From Trypanosoma brucei (taxonomy: Eukaryota): a stretch of DNA of 64,000 nt. Below the pieces are notes generated by a model, which was not told the DNA's origin, did not search any database, and was given only the letters and a program-made list of their open reading frames with translations. Where the stretch lies: assembly GCA_000002445.1 (NCBI GenBank), contig CH464491.1, forward strand, positions 2,368,001-2,432,000, read 5' to 3'. Of this stretch, positions 1-10,828 are shown piece after piece. The position numbers and the translations under genes were made by a program. Numbering within the stretch: position 1 is the first letter of the stretch; every line of letters starts with the position of its first letter.

Positions 1-737
1 ATACCCTCTTCTAACATGTGTCAGCTTTATTGTTCATGCGCATCTTCTTAACCGTTCCCAGTGGATTGGTTTCTTTTCCGAAAACCTTTCTCATCGCTTC
101 ACTGACGTTTGATACTATGCACATCATCTCTTTCGCACACATACATGAATTTCGTTCCGTGGGTACCCAGTGTTCAGCTAAACACGTAATCGTTCCTCTT
201 ACCGTCACTGTGGTATCCGTTTATTTTTGGTGTTTGGAGCCCTCTCTTGCATTTTGTTGTGTGTGGGTGGCGGGTGGGATTTCTATCGCTTTTTCCCTTT
301 GTTGTTTATTTCCCCTGAGGCTGCTTTCTCGCAAAGATATAACGTGAGGGGGGTTTGCCATCGAGTAATAAAAATAAAAGGTAGAAAAGCCGGCAAAGAG
401 AAAAAGGCGAAAGGTAGGACACGGCTACCAGTTCATCCAAGGCTAAGTTTTCCGGGTTTCGGTTTGTTCTGATACTAAATTGGGTTGACGGCTTCGATAA
501 ATTCCGTATCTAGAAGTCGGTGGAAAAAAAAAAAAGGAATAATTATCACCTGGCGAGTGAGTGATTTTTACTTGCTTTGTGGGACAAAGCAAAGAAAAAG
601 GTGGAACTAATACTTGTGGAGTAATTAGAAGTGTTAGTTGAGTGAGCCACAACGATTTAGACGGGTACGTGTGCCAAGGGAAAGGGATAATAGAAGGACT
701 GAGGGTAAAGCAATAAGAGGAAGAAAGAAGTGTTGTT

Positions 738-1589
738 TTGCTGTTGTTGTTTTTTTTTTTTACAATGGCGAAAGGAAGCGATTATGATGCCGTAGCGTAC
801 GAGCCAATGCCGAGGGAAGGGTTCGATGCTGGCGATGAGGGACCTTTGGTCGGTAACCATGATCAGGGATTTCTGTTCGATGACCAGGCGGATGGCGCCC
901 ACAGCACTCAGCTTACCTATATTGCGCCATCAGTCAAGAAGCCGGTATATGCACTGGGTATCACACTACTTTTTCTTCTGGTTGCTGTGGTTTTAACCGT
1001 CATTCTGCAACCCACGTTTCTCTACGGCGAAACCTGCGTTACACCCTTTGGTACCATTATTGGTGTGCACAATGGCGTTTTCGCGTATAGCAACTGCCGA
1101 AGGGATCACATCTCCACCAAAAAAAATAGCATCAAAGGTGAAGGCTCCATGGAGACTGGCATGGAATGGCAGTGCTTTGAGTACGTGAAACGCTATTGGA
1201 TCATGCGTGGAGTTCCTCAGTCTGTTATTTTACCCACTGCAAGAAAGTCCAGTGAACTTTGGTCGTTCACACAAGCAACCTTTAAAAACGGCTCAAAGGT
1301 GCAACTGGAACGGCACGACAATGGGGGGCCCCAACCACTAGTTGGTGACCTTTTGGTATATCGCGAGCAACCCGCCCTGTTGCCGGTTGGTCATGTCGCC
1401 GTTATTGTGCGCGTGGGGAAGACACATGTTTGGGTGGCCGAACAGAACTGGTTTAACAAACAATGGCACCCGCCGTTCCACAACTTTTCACGCACCATCA
1501 AGATGCATCACAATGCAGAAAGCCAAACCTACGAGTTGGAGGACATGGCGGGTACAACTATCAAGGGCTGGATGCGGTACAAGACGTAG
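738..1589 (+). CDS. Membrane-anchored CHAP-domain (glutathionylspermidine/trypanothione amidase-like) protein
   Basis: 283-aa ORF. N-terminal hydrophobic helix (ALGITLLFLLVAVVLTVIL). Motif QCFEYVKRYW resembles the catalytic-Cys region (QCVEFV) of CHAP amidases. A downstream GDLLVY...GHVAVIV block matches the conserved His region. Family call from motif memory only. Confidence 0.5.
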   Translation: MLLLFFFFTMAKGSDYDAVAYEPMPREGFDAGDEGPLVGNHDQGFLFDDQADGAHSTQLTYIAPSVKKPVYALGITLLFLLVAVVLTVILQPTFLYGETCVTPFGTIIGVHNGVFAYSNCRRDHISTKKNSIKGEGSMETGMEWQCFEYVKRYWIMRGVPQSVILPTARKSSELWSFTQATFKNGSKVQLERHDNGGPQPLVGDLLVYREQPALLPVGHVAVIVRVGKTHVWVAEQNWFNKQWHPPFHNFSRTIKMHHNAESQTYELEDMAGTTIKGWMRYKT

Positions 1590-2661
1590 TAGGGTAGTTA
1601 CGGGGCGTTGAAAGTGGCGCCGCGGTAGCGACATTCTCAGATAGGGCATATTTTGTGCTTTTTCCCTCCTGGTTGGACTCCTTTTATTTCCTTCTTGTTC
1701 TCCCTTACACAGCGGCAGAAATGAAGGATGTTGGAAGCAAGAATAAGTTGGAAGGGGAAAGTATGCACCCCATCTCCAACCAGCTGTATCAACTTTGCTT
1801 GAACAACCGTTCAGCTCGGCGCGAAGACGCGCTGGTGCTTCACGGTTAACTTGTCCCTTTTGTCTTCTTCGGAGGGGGGAAGGGACCCTTTTCAGTAGTG
1901 AATCCGAACAAACAACCCCGACGGGAGTAAATCCTTCTTTTTTACACCACTCCTTGCGCGTTTCCTTCTCATCTCGGTTTCGGTTGCGATCTTTTTGTCT
2001 CCTATACTGTGCGTTAAGAGTGTTTGTGGACTATTGGACCATATAGTGGGTTTGCGTCTTCCCCTCTTGCCCCATTCATGCGCATTCACGCTCTTGAATA
2101 CTTTATGGAAGCAGGAAAGGGAAAAGGTGAAATTATGACGGAACAGCGAGTGCCTGCCTGCGGGTGCACGCGCGTGGCGCCACCTCCACCACTGGATTGA
2201 GCCGCGACTTCCATCGATGGATTGCGCTACAGAGTTGATGGAAATGGAGCCATGCAGAGTACTGTAGCGTTGTGTGCCGCACCAAAATTGTGGAGCATGT
2301 CTTTGCTGCTCTACAACCTAAGTCTTGCGGAGCTTACTAGGCCCTTCCATCCATTGGCGTGTGCGTGTTGTGCTACAGTGCGTGTGGGATTGAGACAAGG
2401 TGTGCCGAATGATATGTTTTGCTTCCATTCTTTTGCTGTGCAATCGAGGAGTCATTCATGGCTGCGGACATTAACATCTGATGGTGATGGCGCTGCGATT
2501 ATTTCGGTTCCCCACATTTCGCTGATTTAATGTAAATAGTCGGCAAAGTGCACCCATCCAAATTTCTTTCACTCCAGTACCACTCTTTTTTTGTCGGTTC
2601 TTGTGCCGTTTGGTAGCATTCTTTTTTTAAAAAAAAGAGAGAAGGAAAGTGAGGGCAAGGG

Positions 2662-3711
2662 ATGACCTTACTCTCCCATGTAGTGGTTCTTTGTTCCCTC
2701 CTCTTCGTGCTGTCTGGTTGCGGGAGGGGGGTGCCTTTTTGTTACACGTATGAGCTAGACCGCAAGGTGAAACCGGTAGAAACTTGGACCGGACAAATGC
2801 TAACAATGGCGCAGCAAGCGCACGAGAGGGTGAAGGGAATGCGTCACTCAATTTCTTCCGTCGCCGCGGCTGTACACAAATACGCATGGATCGTCAAGAA
2901 CACAACAGAAGGGGATGCAATTTACGTAGACACCGCGACTCGACAACTGTCCAGAGCCTCGGATGCCCACGACCGGGTTGCAAACCTACAGAAGACAATA
3001 CAGGATCATCACAAAGAGGTGACGTACCTTTCTCGCAAGGCAATGGAAAGCTGTGACGAATGGGTTGTCACGCTGCACCGTCTCCGGAAGACGAGGGAAG
3101 AGAAGGACCGGACAGAACTGATGAAGAAACTTCAAACCCACGAGGCTGTAGCCAAAGAGAACATTGGCATCGCCAAGAAGGTGGCGTTACAGACAAAGCC
3201 ATTCGCGGAGCAGGTTGCGAGGAACGTCTCGACAGCGGAGAGTGCGCTCAGGTTCGCGCTAAATGTCTGGAAGAAGTTCACCTCCGTTCTTGGAGAGACA
3301 ATTGAGAAAAAGAAGGCTGAGGCCGAACGTAGAGCTCGCGAGGCAGCCGAACAAACGAACAGATCTGACAATGCCACTGATGAACCACAAGAGCAGACAG
3401 CAGATGCGGCAAACCGAACGGCCACCCTACCCGAAAAGGAGGGTTCGGCAGAGCAGAACGATGAGGAGGTGGAAGACGTGCAACAGATTCCAAAGATTGT
3501 TGACAGTTTGGATTTCAGGGACAATTTCAGTGAGGAGCGACCCACCACACAAGTGAGCACACCATCGTGGAGTGAGCAAGGGGATGAAACTGCGACGGAT
3601 ACCACACTTAAGACGAGGGCCCAATATTCCGAACTGGCTACACGGGGGTGCAGAGGGCTGTTCCATTTATCGGCTATTCTGTTCACCTATGCTCGCATTA
3701 CCGCTCCTTAA
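2662..3711 (+). CDS. Hypothetical secreted/coiled-coil protein (signal-peptide-like N-terminus, K/E/R-rich)
   Basis: 349-aa ORF in the same orientation as the upstream gene. Hydrophobic N-terminus MTLLSHVVVLCSLLFVLSGCG followed by charged heptad-like sequence. No recognisable catalytic motif. Confidence 0.4.
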   Translation: MTLLSHVVVLCSLLFVLSGCGRGVPFCYTYELDRKVKPVETWTGQMLTMAQQAHERVKGMRHSISSVAAAVHKYAWIVKNTTEGDAIYVDTATRQLSRASDAHDRVANLQKTIQDHHKEVTYLSRKAMESCDEWVVTLHRLRKTREEKDRTELMKKLQTHEAVAKENIGIAKKVALQTKPFAEQVARNVSTAESALRFALNVWKKFTSVLGETIEKKKAEAERRAREAAEQTNRSDNATDEPQEQTADAANRTATLPEKEGSAEQNDEEVEDVQQIPKIVDSLDFRDNFSEERPTTQVSTPSWSEQGDETATDTTLKTRAQYSELATRGCRGLFHLSAILFTYARITAP

Positions 3712-5773
3712 ATAGGGATCTCCTCCAATCTATCGAACGGCTGCGTCCTTTTTCCAGAAGAGTTGTATCTGTTGATTTGCCCGTGGTGGAGATGGCAAGG
3801 GTGAGTTATATATGTAACTAGCATGTGGGGTTGTACTATCCAAAGCCCATGTAGGTAGTCAATAAATGTGTACAGTTGGTTGTCGAGGTGGGGGTGTTGC
3901 GTGCGTTGGTGAGGAGGGTGTGCTTTTTGTATGCATACAACGTATGCTTACCTCCCATCCACCACAACCACAACCTCCAACCAGTCAGAATGCTCGTTTT
4001 GTTCTTCGCTTTTCACCGTATTCGGTACTGTTGCTTCTACCCAAATTTGAACACTTTGCTTTAAGTATTATCTTTTTTCTTTGTTTGCTCCGCCACGACA
4101 AGTCAACGACTGTGCCGCGACGGCGCCTTAGTGGCGGCCCCTCCGTCGTTGCCCTTTTGCTCTGTAGAAGATATGTCGCTTTCTGCTTATTTGCTGAAAA
4201 GCAAATACGGGCGCCATTCAGCTGATCCGGCGTCACGTACTGTGTGGACGGTCACTGCTAGGTTTCCAGTCTGTTTATTTCCCTCCTTTTTTTGAGCTTA
4301 GTTGGGCACTAGTTTTCTTCCCTATGCCTGAAAATAAAAATCGTGGCGTGCCTTCGCTGGGCCACCGCGGTTTGTGGCGAGACGGGGAGAAGCCCGCGCC
4401 AAACGCAACGGGTTTCAGGAGTACATATGTCGGGGCCCACTTTAATTGTAGGTTTACGCGCCCCGCTACTAAAACATGGTGGTTAGGAAATTTTAGTAAG
4501 ATGATATACCGCTGCGGGCACCAACTTACCCGCCATTGCGGTGTCAAGGTCCAGCGCCGCCCATATCGGTGGACAACAAAACGCCAGCACCTTCGACATG
4601 TCGAGCTGGTTTCGGAGGTGCATTTACAATCACCCGACGGTGCCCCAATGAGGTGCGATGGTCACTTGAGGGGAAGGAAGAAGCGTTAGTTCGCAATTCG
4701 GCATAGCGGGGCAAACCGTATGTTTAGCCTAGTGTGCAGCGAAAAGAAAGGCGTGCGCGAATTTACAATAAACTGCTTCTCGCCGGATTTGCCTTCCGGT
4801 GCACTGCCAAGGTGCTGATCCAGAGGCGACAGGATGCAAGAGCAAAAAAAGGGGAAGGATCATACAAACATACGTAGATGCACACACGTACGCTTATGCA
4901 TTTGTTGTTTGTGAATGTGGCACCGAAGAGGGAACGAATCCCAGGGGGGGGGGAGGTTTTGATCGAGTTCTGTGGGGGTGAACTGCGTTAGTAAAGAGTG
5001 TGGGAAAAAACTCCCCCGCGGCAGATGCTTCCACCGCCTCCGGGACAGCCGGGACCCCCCCCCCCTTCCTTTGACAGCGAGCTAGTGATCCGCAAAAGCG
5101 AACAACAACACCCCGCTAGGATATTCGGGATCTGGCGGGGATTGAACCCCCAGGCCGCTTCGTCTCACGGGACCGTGCCGCCGGTAGTGTCTTTAGGGGC
5201 GCCAACGGGCGGAAGCGAATGTGGATGATTCGGCTGCGGTTCTACCCTTCGCATTCGTGCCATCATGCGCAATAGTATCTACGCCACCGACGCTGCAAGA
5301 ACGCGGAGGTGTTACGAGCGGTTTGTGTATGTTGCAGAGGGGGAGAAGGAGAAAGGAAAGTATCCTTTTTTGTTTCCACTGCGGTCGCACGTGTAAGGGA
5401 TTTCGTGAGGCCAAACAGCATTCACTTCAACCTCTCACACTATCACCTTCTTTCCCTCTTTAGCTTCCATATTTTGGAGAGCTGTACAACACCTCTGCAG
5501 CGATTTTTGACACATCCTGCAAAAATCTATTTCTACCACAAACTTCGTCCGGATTGAAAAAACACCAAGAGCACTCGCCTCGAGGGCGATCCCTCATGTG
5601 GCTATAGTTTTCTCCTGGGACTTTCACTTCCAATCTTAACTCATGTTGTCGTCTGCTTTGGTGTAGCTTTCGCACCTCCAAGCTTCGCGTGCACACACAC
5701 CATGGTAGATTCACCGAGCGCAGACTCCGCGGCCATAGCAACTCAACGGTACACGGAACTTCTCTGAACCGCT

Positions 5774-5800
5774 TATAGCCTATATATATACATATATATA
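5774..5800. repeat. (TA)n / TATATACA-like simple repeat
   Basis: tatatatatacatatatatatatatac, read directly. Confidence 0.85.
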
Positions 5801-7384
5801 TATATACATTTTTTTTGCATTAAAGTTCCCAATAGTTCCCCAAACGACCTTCCAACGCCCGCCCAGCCACTCACTCGATCACGCGTGTGTAAATTTTGAC
5901 CCTCGATTCGGTTTCCTCTCATGCCCCCTTTTGGTTGTCGCAATTCACGTATTTTCGTCACGCCGCAATCCATATATACAAACTGTCCCTTGTGGCCCGT
6001 GATCCCCATTCCGCAAATACCGAGAGTGGCTCATGGCTTTCCAACGTTACACGCTCCCCTTTTCCGCAAAAGCATGAGGACCCGTAGACGACACCACCTC
6101 GTAAAGCGACTGCAGCCTGCCGCCGGGCTCGGGTACCCTCGTCCCGGTTGCGCGGGGTTTGGTTGTTTTCGCTTTCAAACCTTCCTGGAGCAAGGGCAAA
6201 TGGGGAGCTTGGTTCAGCCTCTTTTTCGCAGCGTCGACTGTCAGCCGCGGCCCTTTCAACGCCGATTTAGCTATTGCGTGTTTTCCACCGCCTCGACCGT
6301 ATGGCCTGTTCACGCTGGCTCTCCACACCATGGCAGCTCTGTTCCCACTTCTAACTCGATCTTAACTAATACAAAACCGCTACTTTCCTCAACGACAATC
6401 GCTAATGGAGTGCTGGGGTCTCGTGCGCCAAAGCTTATCGGGGAAGGAGGCTAACCCCCACCCGTGATCACGACGCGCAGCCACCTACGCCGCCAAAAGT
6501 CGCAACGCTGTCAAATGCCTTCGCTTGGCCCTCGAAAATGAGGAATTGTGGATTGAAGTTACTGCTGCCGCAGATGCTTGGGGCGGCCGAAGCCGCCATC
6601 GGCGTTGCGCGCGGTCGCCGTTTGCACGATAGCATATGCATACGATGTACATGAACTGCAACCCGCTTCGGATGTTTTACACCCGCGGCGGCGTCGCGAA
6701 ATGGCAACGCCTAAGTATGGGGTCCCCCTGGACACTTGTGTGATCCGCCGCACCCCTTACCGAAACTGGTAAGAGGAAGGGAAGCTAGCTATTGCGAATG
6801 GGCCGCAGCGGCAGCGAGCAGCCGACCTCAGAACCAAAGGAAGTGCGCTTTAGACGGATAATCGGTGCTGTTTCTTACCGAAAGGGTGAACGGATGCGCG
6901 GTGGAGGAAGGGGGAAACTGCCAAAGAGGGCTTGTGCCACCGCAAAAACGAGTGCGTACGCGACGGGAATGGTAGACAGAGATTACGAAAGCGGGGGCAT
7001 GCCCGGCGATTGTCAAATGAGAGCGAAACACCGAGTAGCGGTGAACGGGGGCCCGTCAGCACTGACTTGTTTGCAGCCGTGACCGGTTGCCAAAATTGAG
7101 CGTTACGCAGAACATTTTTTTTTTGGAATTTTCTTCGTGCCTTCGTGGGAGTTTCCCCCAACTGGCGCGGCCATCAGCCATCACCGTAGAGCCCTGAGAT
7201 GCTATCGGTCTGGCGACTGTGGCAGAGTCTCCCTTTTTTATTCAGCCTAACACACCCTCTATAATTTTTGTTGTAGCTCCGCAGTTGAACGGAATACAGC
7301 AGATGGGGCGAGAAGCCCCCACCCCAGACTCTCCAAAAGATGTCAATTAGCAATCCTTTTGTTTTGATTTTTGTTATTCGTTTA

Positions 7385-9565
7385 TTATTCTCTCATCCTT
7401 TTTCTGTTTCTGTTGCTTGTTGACTGCATACCCCCTCTGTCTCTGAGGGTGTCTGGACTATTCCTGCGTCCGGTGCTTTTCCTGCTAGCTCCACACCCGG
7501 CAATAAGGGGGGAAGTTGCAGAAGGGAGAGTGGGTTGTATGACTGTTACCTTAGGTGAGGACTTCACCTGCGGCCGGCTCCGTTCAACCGCAATGAGAAA
7601 TTGCGCCAGCCTTTTGGAGAAGCATATATCCTGCACACACTCACCTTCTACCGCAAACCTGACACGTAACTCCTCCAAACCGGGACAGCTCATCAAGTGC
7701 AACGACGTTTCTTCGCAGTCGCCGCGTTGGCTGGTAACAGCGCGCTCTACCTTCATACCGTGCATCTTCTTTTGATGTAGGGTGAGGCCAGTTTTGCTAG
7801 CACACTGCCTTCCGCATGTCGGGCACACCAACATGGATGTGTTTGTATGCGGGGAATCAGTGGCACACAATTTTGTGCTTTTGCTGCATTTAAGCTCGAC
7901 TCCCTCACCTTTGTGGAAAGCCTTACAGTGTCGGATGAGGGAGTCCCTGCAACTGAGCACTTTTTGGCACACACCACACTGCACCTCACCTTTCCCCGGG
8001 ACGTCAACGTTTCCCTCACGGGCACGCTTACGAGGGAATTGCACCACCACCACGGTACCGTCCTCCGTCACTATGCTTTTATGTTTGAATTTCTTGTGTA
8101 GTGACAGGGAAGAACGTGTACCGAAGCTCGCCTCGCGCAGGTCACATTGAAACGGCAGCTTCCGTGTATCCTTAGGGGCTGGCACTGCTGGGGCTCTACC
8201 ATCTCCTTGCAATGAGTCTTCGTTCTCTCGCCCCCTTTTCACGCGGCAACTACCGCTGCCTATGCCATGTATTGTTCTAAGGTGGTGTAATAGTCGGCCT
8301 GGCACTGCGAATTTGGAGGCACAGATGGTACAATGAAGAACCTGTGGTCTCATTGGGACTCGTGTGCTCGATGGTAAAGGAACGATCGCCACCACTGGAG
8401 GGGGCTCCGGGGGGATGTCCACTGCAGGTGTTGCATCGCCGTATTTGATCCTCCGGAGGGCATCAGCTCGCACAAAGCCGTGTTTGTTTACCATGTGCGT
8501 TACAGCACTCGAGCGGCATTGGTATGTGGCATCACATTCCGTACATTTGGTCGGTTCGAAGGTTCTCTGAAGAGTGCGTGTCGCAACAGGTGTGGTTGTT
8601 TGTGTTTGTATTGTTGGCCCTATTGCTGCATGTTGCGGGTTGCACCATCGGAACTGTGGAGGCACACTCGGGTTGATTTTTCGCAACATCCATCCATAGT
8701 ATCTTGAAGACCCAACACGAAAGCGTGCCAGTGCCGTTTCTTCTTTCCTCGTCAGTTCTTCTTTATGTTTTGTTGGAAAGTGGTTGCCCGTGATACCAAA
8801 CCTATGAGTGTTCTCATGGACTTCTTCCGANNNNNNNNNNNNNNNNNNNNNNNNNNNNNNNNNNNNNNNNNNNNNNNNNNNNNNNNNNNNNNNNNNNNNN
8901 NNNNNNNNNNNNNNNNNNNNNNNNNNNNNNAACATGATTGGGCCAAGGACAGTTCCTTGTGGCACTCCTCGCTCAAATGTTCTGCTTCTGGAGAGCTTCT
9001 CCTTGAATCTCACTCTGCCAGTTCGGTTACTCAGAAATGATACGCACCACTTCACAATGTGGGGTGATACCTTCATTCTGTGCATTTCCCTCGCAATTTT
9101 GTCGTGGTCTACTGTATCAAATGCCTTCTCGTAGTCAACGAATACAGCACCCGTACGATATTGGTGCGTGGGACGGCAGAGGGCAGCGCGGACGTGCAGG
9201 AGTTGTTCGAGCGTTGAGCATCCGGGGCGAAAGCCTGATTGCTGCGGCGTCAGCTGGGACTCAACAGTGTCTCTAAGTCTCGCGGCAATTATGCGCTCCA
9301 TGACTTTGCAGAGACAGCTCGTGAGCGTCACAGGCCTGTAAGAATCGAGGTCCTCCGCCTTTTTTCCGGCCTTCAGGATGGGGATGATAACACCAGTCTT
9401 CCATGCAGGCGGCACGACTCCCGTTCGTAGGCTCTCATTGAATAGCCTCAGCACAACATTCAGCGCTGTTCTGCCGAGATGTTGCAGTGCCTCGTTGTAT
9501 AAGCAATCAGGTCCGGCTGCGGATCCACTCGGTAGCAGTTTGATCGATCTCCGTAGTTCAGCCAT
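7385..9565 (-). CDS. ingi ORF, reverse-transcriptase region and C-terminal C2H2 zinc-finger region (interrupted by N gap)
   Basis: 726-aa ORF including X residues. RT motifs are present (GFRPGCST, VFVDYEKAFDTVDHD, GVPQGTVLGP). After the gap come Cys/His-rich C2H2-like segments (CTECDATYQCRSSAVTHMVNKHG, CTICASKF...HHLRTIHG, CGVCQKV...HCKAFH). The ORF is contiguous only because Ns translate as X. Confidence 0.8.
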   Translation of the reverse strand: MAELRRSIKLLPSGSAAGPDCLYNEALQHLGRTALNVVLRLFNESLRTGVVPPAWKTGVIIPILKAGKKAEDLDSYRPVTLTSCLCKVMERIIAARLRDTVESQLTPQQSGFRPGCSTLEQLLHVRAALCRPTHQYRTGAVFVDYEKAFDTVDHDKIAREMHRMKVSPHIVKWCVSFLSNRTGRVRFKEKLSRSRTFERGVPQGTVLGPIMXXXXXXXXXXXXXXXXXXXXXXXXXXXXXXXXXXSEEVHENTHRFGITGNHFPTKHKEELTRKEETALARFRVGSSRYYGWMLRKINPSVPPQFRWCNPQHAAIGPTIQTQTTTPVATRTLQRTFEPTKCTECDATYQCRSSAVTHMVNKHGFVRADALRRIKYGDATPAVDIPPEPPPVVAIVPLPSSTRVPMRPQVLHCTICASKFAVPGRLLHHLRTIHGIGSGSCRVKRGRENEDSLQGDGRAPAVPAPKDTRKLPFQCDLREASFGTRSSLSLHKKFKHKSIVTEDGTVVVVQFPRKRAREGNVDVPGKGEVQCGVCQKVLSCRDSLIRHCKAFHKGEGVELKCSKSTKLCATDSPHTNTSMLVCPTCGRQCASKTGLTLHQKKMHGMKVERAVTSQRGDCEETSLHLMSCPGLEELRVRFAVEGECVQDICFSKRLAQFLIAVERSRPQVKSSPKVTVIQPTLPSATSPLIAGCGASRKSTGRRNSPDTLRDRGGMQSTSNRNRKRMRE
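8831..8930. other. Assembly/scaffold gap (100 N) inside the ingi element
   Basis: Run of 100 n characters. The flanking ORF lacks the distal RT and RNase H portion, consistent with ~1.2-1.3 kb of missing sequence. Confidence 0.95.
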
Positions 9566-9643
9566 CGTGATGGGACTGAACTCACTCGCTATCGTCTTTA
9601 TGGGTGCCGGTGGGTGTGAGTCGGGGTGCCTTCTTGCGCGGGA

Positions 9644-10828
9644 CTAGTACAGTTTAATGAACCTCTCAGCTTGACGGTAGTCCGTGATGGCCGCGTTATC
9701 AACAAGTACAGCCTGTGTGGTTAGTGGTCGTGGCGCATATACCTTCTTGACAATGTGCCAACTGCAGCGGTCTGACACCGCAAGTCTGGAGCATAGCGTG
9801 CTCCATCTCTTCTTTGTGGTATGGTCCAGGATCTGCTTACGCGTGGCTACCAACTTTTCCCTTCGGTGGGAGGGTCCGCATCCAGCGATCTCTTCATCGA
9901 GTTTCGCGAGCTCAGGTGTCCAATGTGGTGGCGTTGCTCTGCAGCCACGGGGGACGGAGACCTTCGTCGCAATGCGGATGGCGGAGCTCAATTTCTGTTC
10001 CATGGTGTTGACGTTCTTCTCTCTAACAATTTTCCTGCAGAGCTCGTCAACCTTGAGACGGAAATTCCTCCAGTCAGCTTTTAGCCATGCGTACATGGGC
10101 TTTCGAAGCCGCGGGCAACTCAGTGCATCTGTGCCGTCTCCAACGATAACGTCGAAAAATATGTGATGGTGATCGCTATCGGGAGAATACAGCGATGTCC
10201 ACGTGTACACTGTGCAATTCCTTGACAGTGTCACATCAGGGGTGGACTCCCCGTGGTGGCGCGCGTACCTGGTGCACTCACCAGTGTTGCAGACCAGAAA
10301 CTGGTTGTCAATGCACCACTGTGTGAGGGTTTCACCCTTGGTATTTGGTGGGCTCGCGCGATCCCATGCCAACGCGTGTGCGTTAGCGTCTGCACCGATG
10401 AGCTGGGCACCGTCAGTCATCAGAAGCGTATCTAGGTCAGTTGCCGTGAAGGTGTGTTTTGGTGGGATGTATGCCGACGTGACAGTCAGCGCTGTTCCAC
10501 GTGCAAGGTGAATTGTTGCATGCACTTGTTCAATGCGACCAACAACGGTCATACCGGTCTCGACTGGCAGGTCCTCCCTCACTAGTATTGATACACCACC
10601 TCCTTTGCAGTTACGAGCTATTCCGTGATGTTGGTAGCCAGCAACGCTAAAGCAAGCCGCCTCTCCAGGCGTCATCCTTGTCTCGCTCAACAGACAAAAG
10701 GCGATCCGCTCATCAACAAGGGTTTTGTGGAGTGCTAATCTCTTTCCTTGAGATAGCCCGGCGCAGTTCCACTGCATCCCGCGCAACGACGGGCCGGGAT
10801 TCTCTTCCACATCACCGGACAGCAGCAT
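9644..10828 (-). CDS. ingi ORF, N-terminal part: 2A-like peptide followed by apurinic/apyrimidinic-type endonuclease domain
   Basis: 394-aa ORF beginning MLLSGDVEENPGP, the 2A-like motif known at the N-terminus of trypanosome L1Tc/ingi. Endonuclease-like residues follow (LSETRMT..., SPDSDHHHI). Directly continues upstream of the RT ORF on the same strand. Confidence 0.8.
   Translation of the reverse strand: MLLSGDVEENPGPSLRGMQWNCAGLSQGKRLALHKTLVDERIAFCLLSETRMTPGEAACFSVAGYQHHGIARNCKGGGVSILVREDLPVETGMTVVGRIEQVHATIHLARGTALTVTSAYIPPKHTFTATDLDTLLMTDGAQLIGADANAHALAWDRASPPNTKGETLTQWCIDNQFLVCNTGECTRYARHHGESTPDVTLSRNCTVYTWTSLYSPDSDHHHIFFDVIVGDGTDALSCPRLRKPMYAWLKADWRNFRLKVDELCRKIVREKNVNTMEQKLSSAIRIATKVSVPRGCRATPPHWTPELAKLDEEIAGCGPSHRREKLVATRKQILDHTTKKRWSTLCSRLAVSDRCSWHIVKKVYAPRPLTTQAVLVDNAAITDYRQAERFIKLY
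10790..10813 (-). other. 2A-like self-processing peptide motif DVEENPGP at the N-terminus of the ingi polyprotein
   Basis: Residues 6-13 of the 9644..10828 minus-strand ORF read D-V-E-E-N-P-G-P, matching the D(V/I)ExNPGP 2A consensus. Confidence 0.7.

Noticed and set aside
3132-3686. 184-aa minus-strand ORF antisense to the 2662..3711 gene
   Set aside because: Ser/Ala/Cys-rich low complexity that mirrors the K/E-rich sense frame. The sense ORF is longer and co-oriented with the neighbouring gene.
5131-5215. tRNA-like T-arm motif (minus-strand GGGGG-TTCAATC-CCC, from + strand ggggattgaaccccc) suggesting a tRNA gene
   Set aside because: No acceptor, D or anticodon arm can be folded. The stem has a G-G mismatch. 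The only hairpin nearby (cacggtcccgtg) has a 2-4-nt loop. Most likely a chance match in GC-rich sequence.
7753-8150. ORFs 7753..8025 (-), 7782..8150 (+) and 7847..8101 (+) overlapping the ingi RT/zinc-finger ORF
   Set aside because: They are nested in or antisense to the long element ORF and lack motifs. They are by-products of a long GC-balanced coding region.
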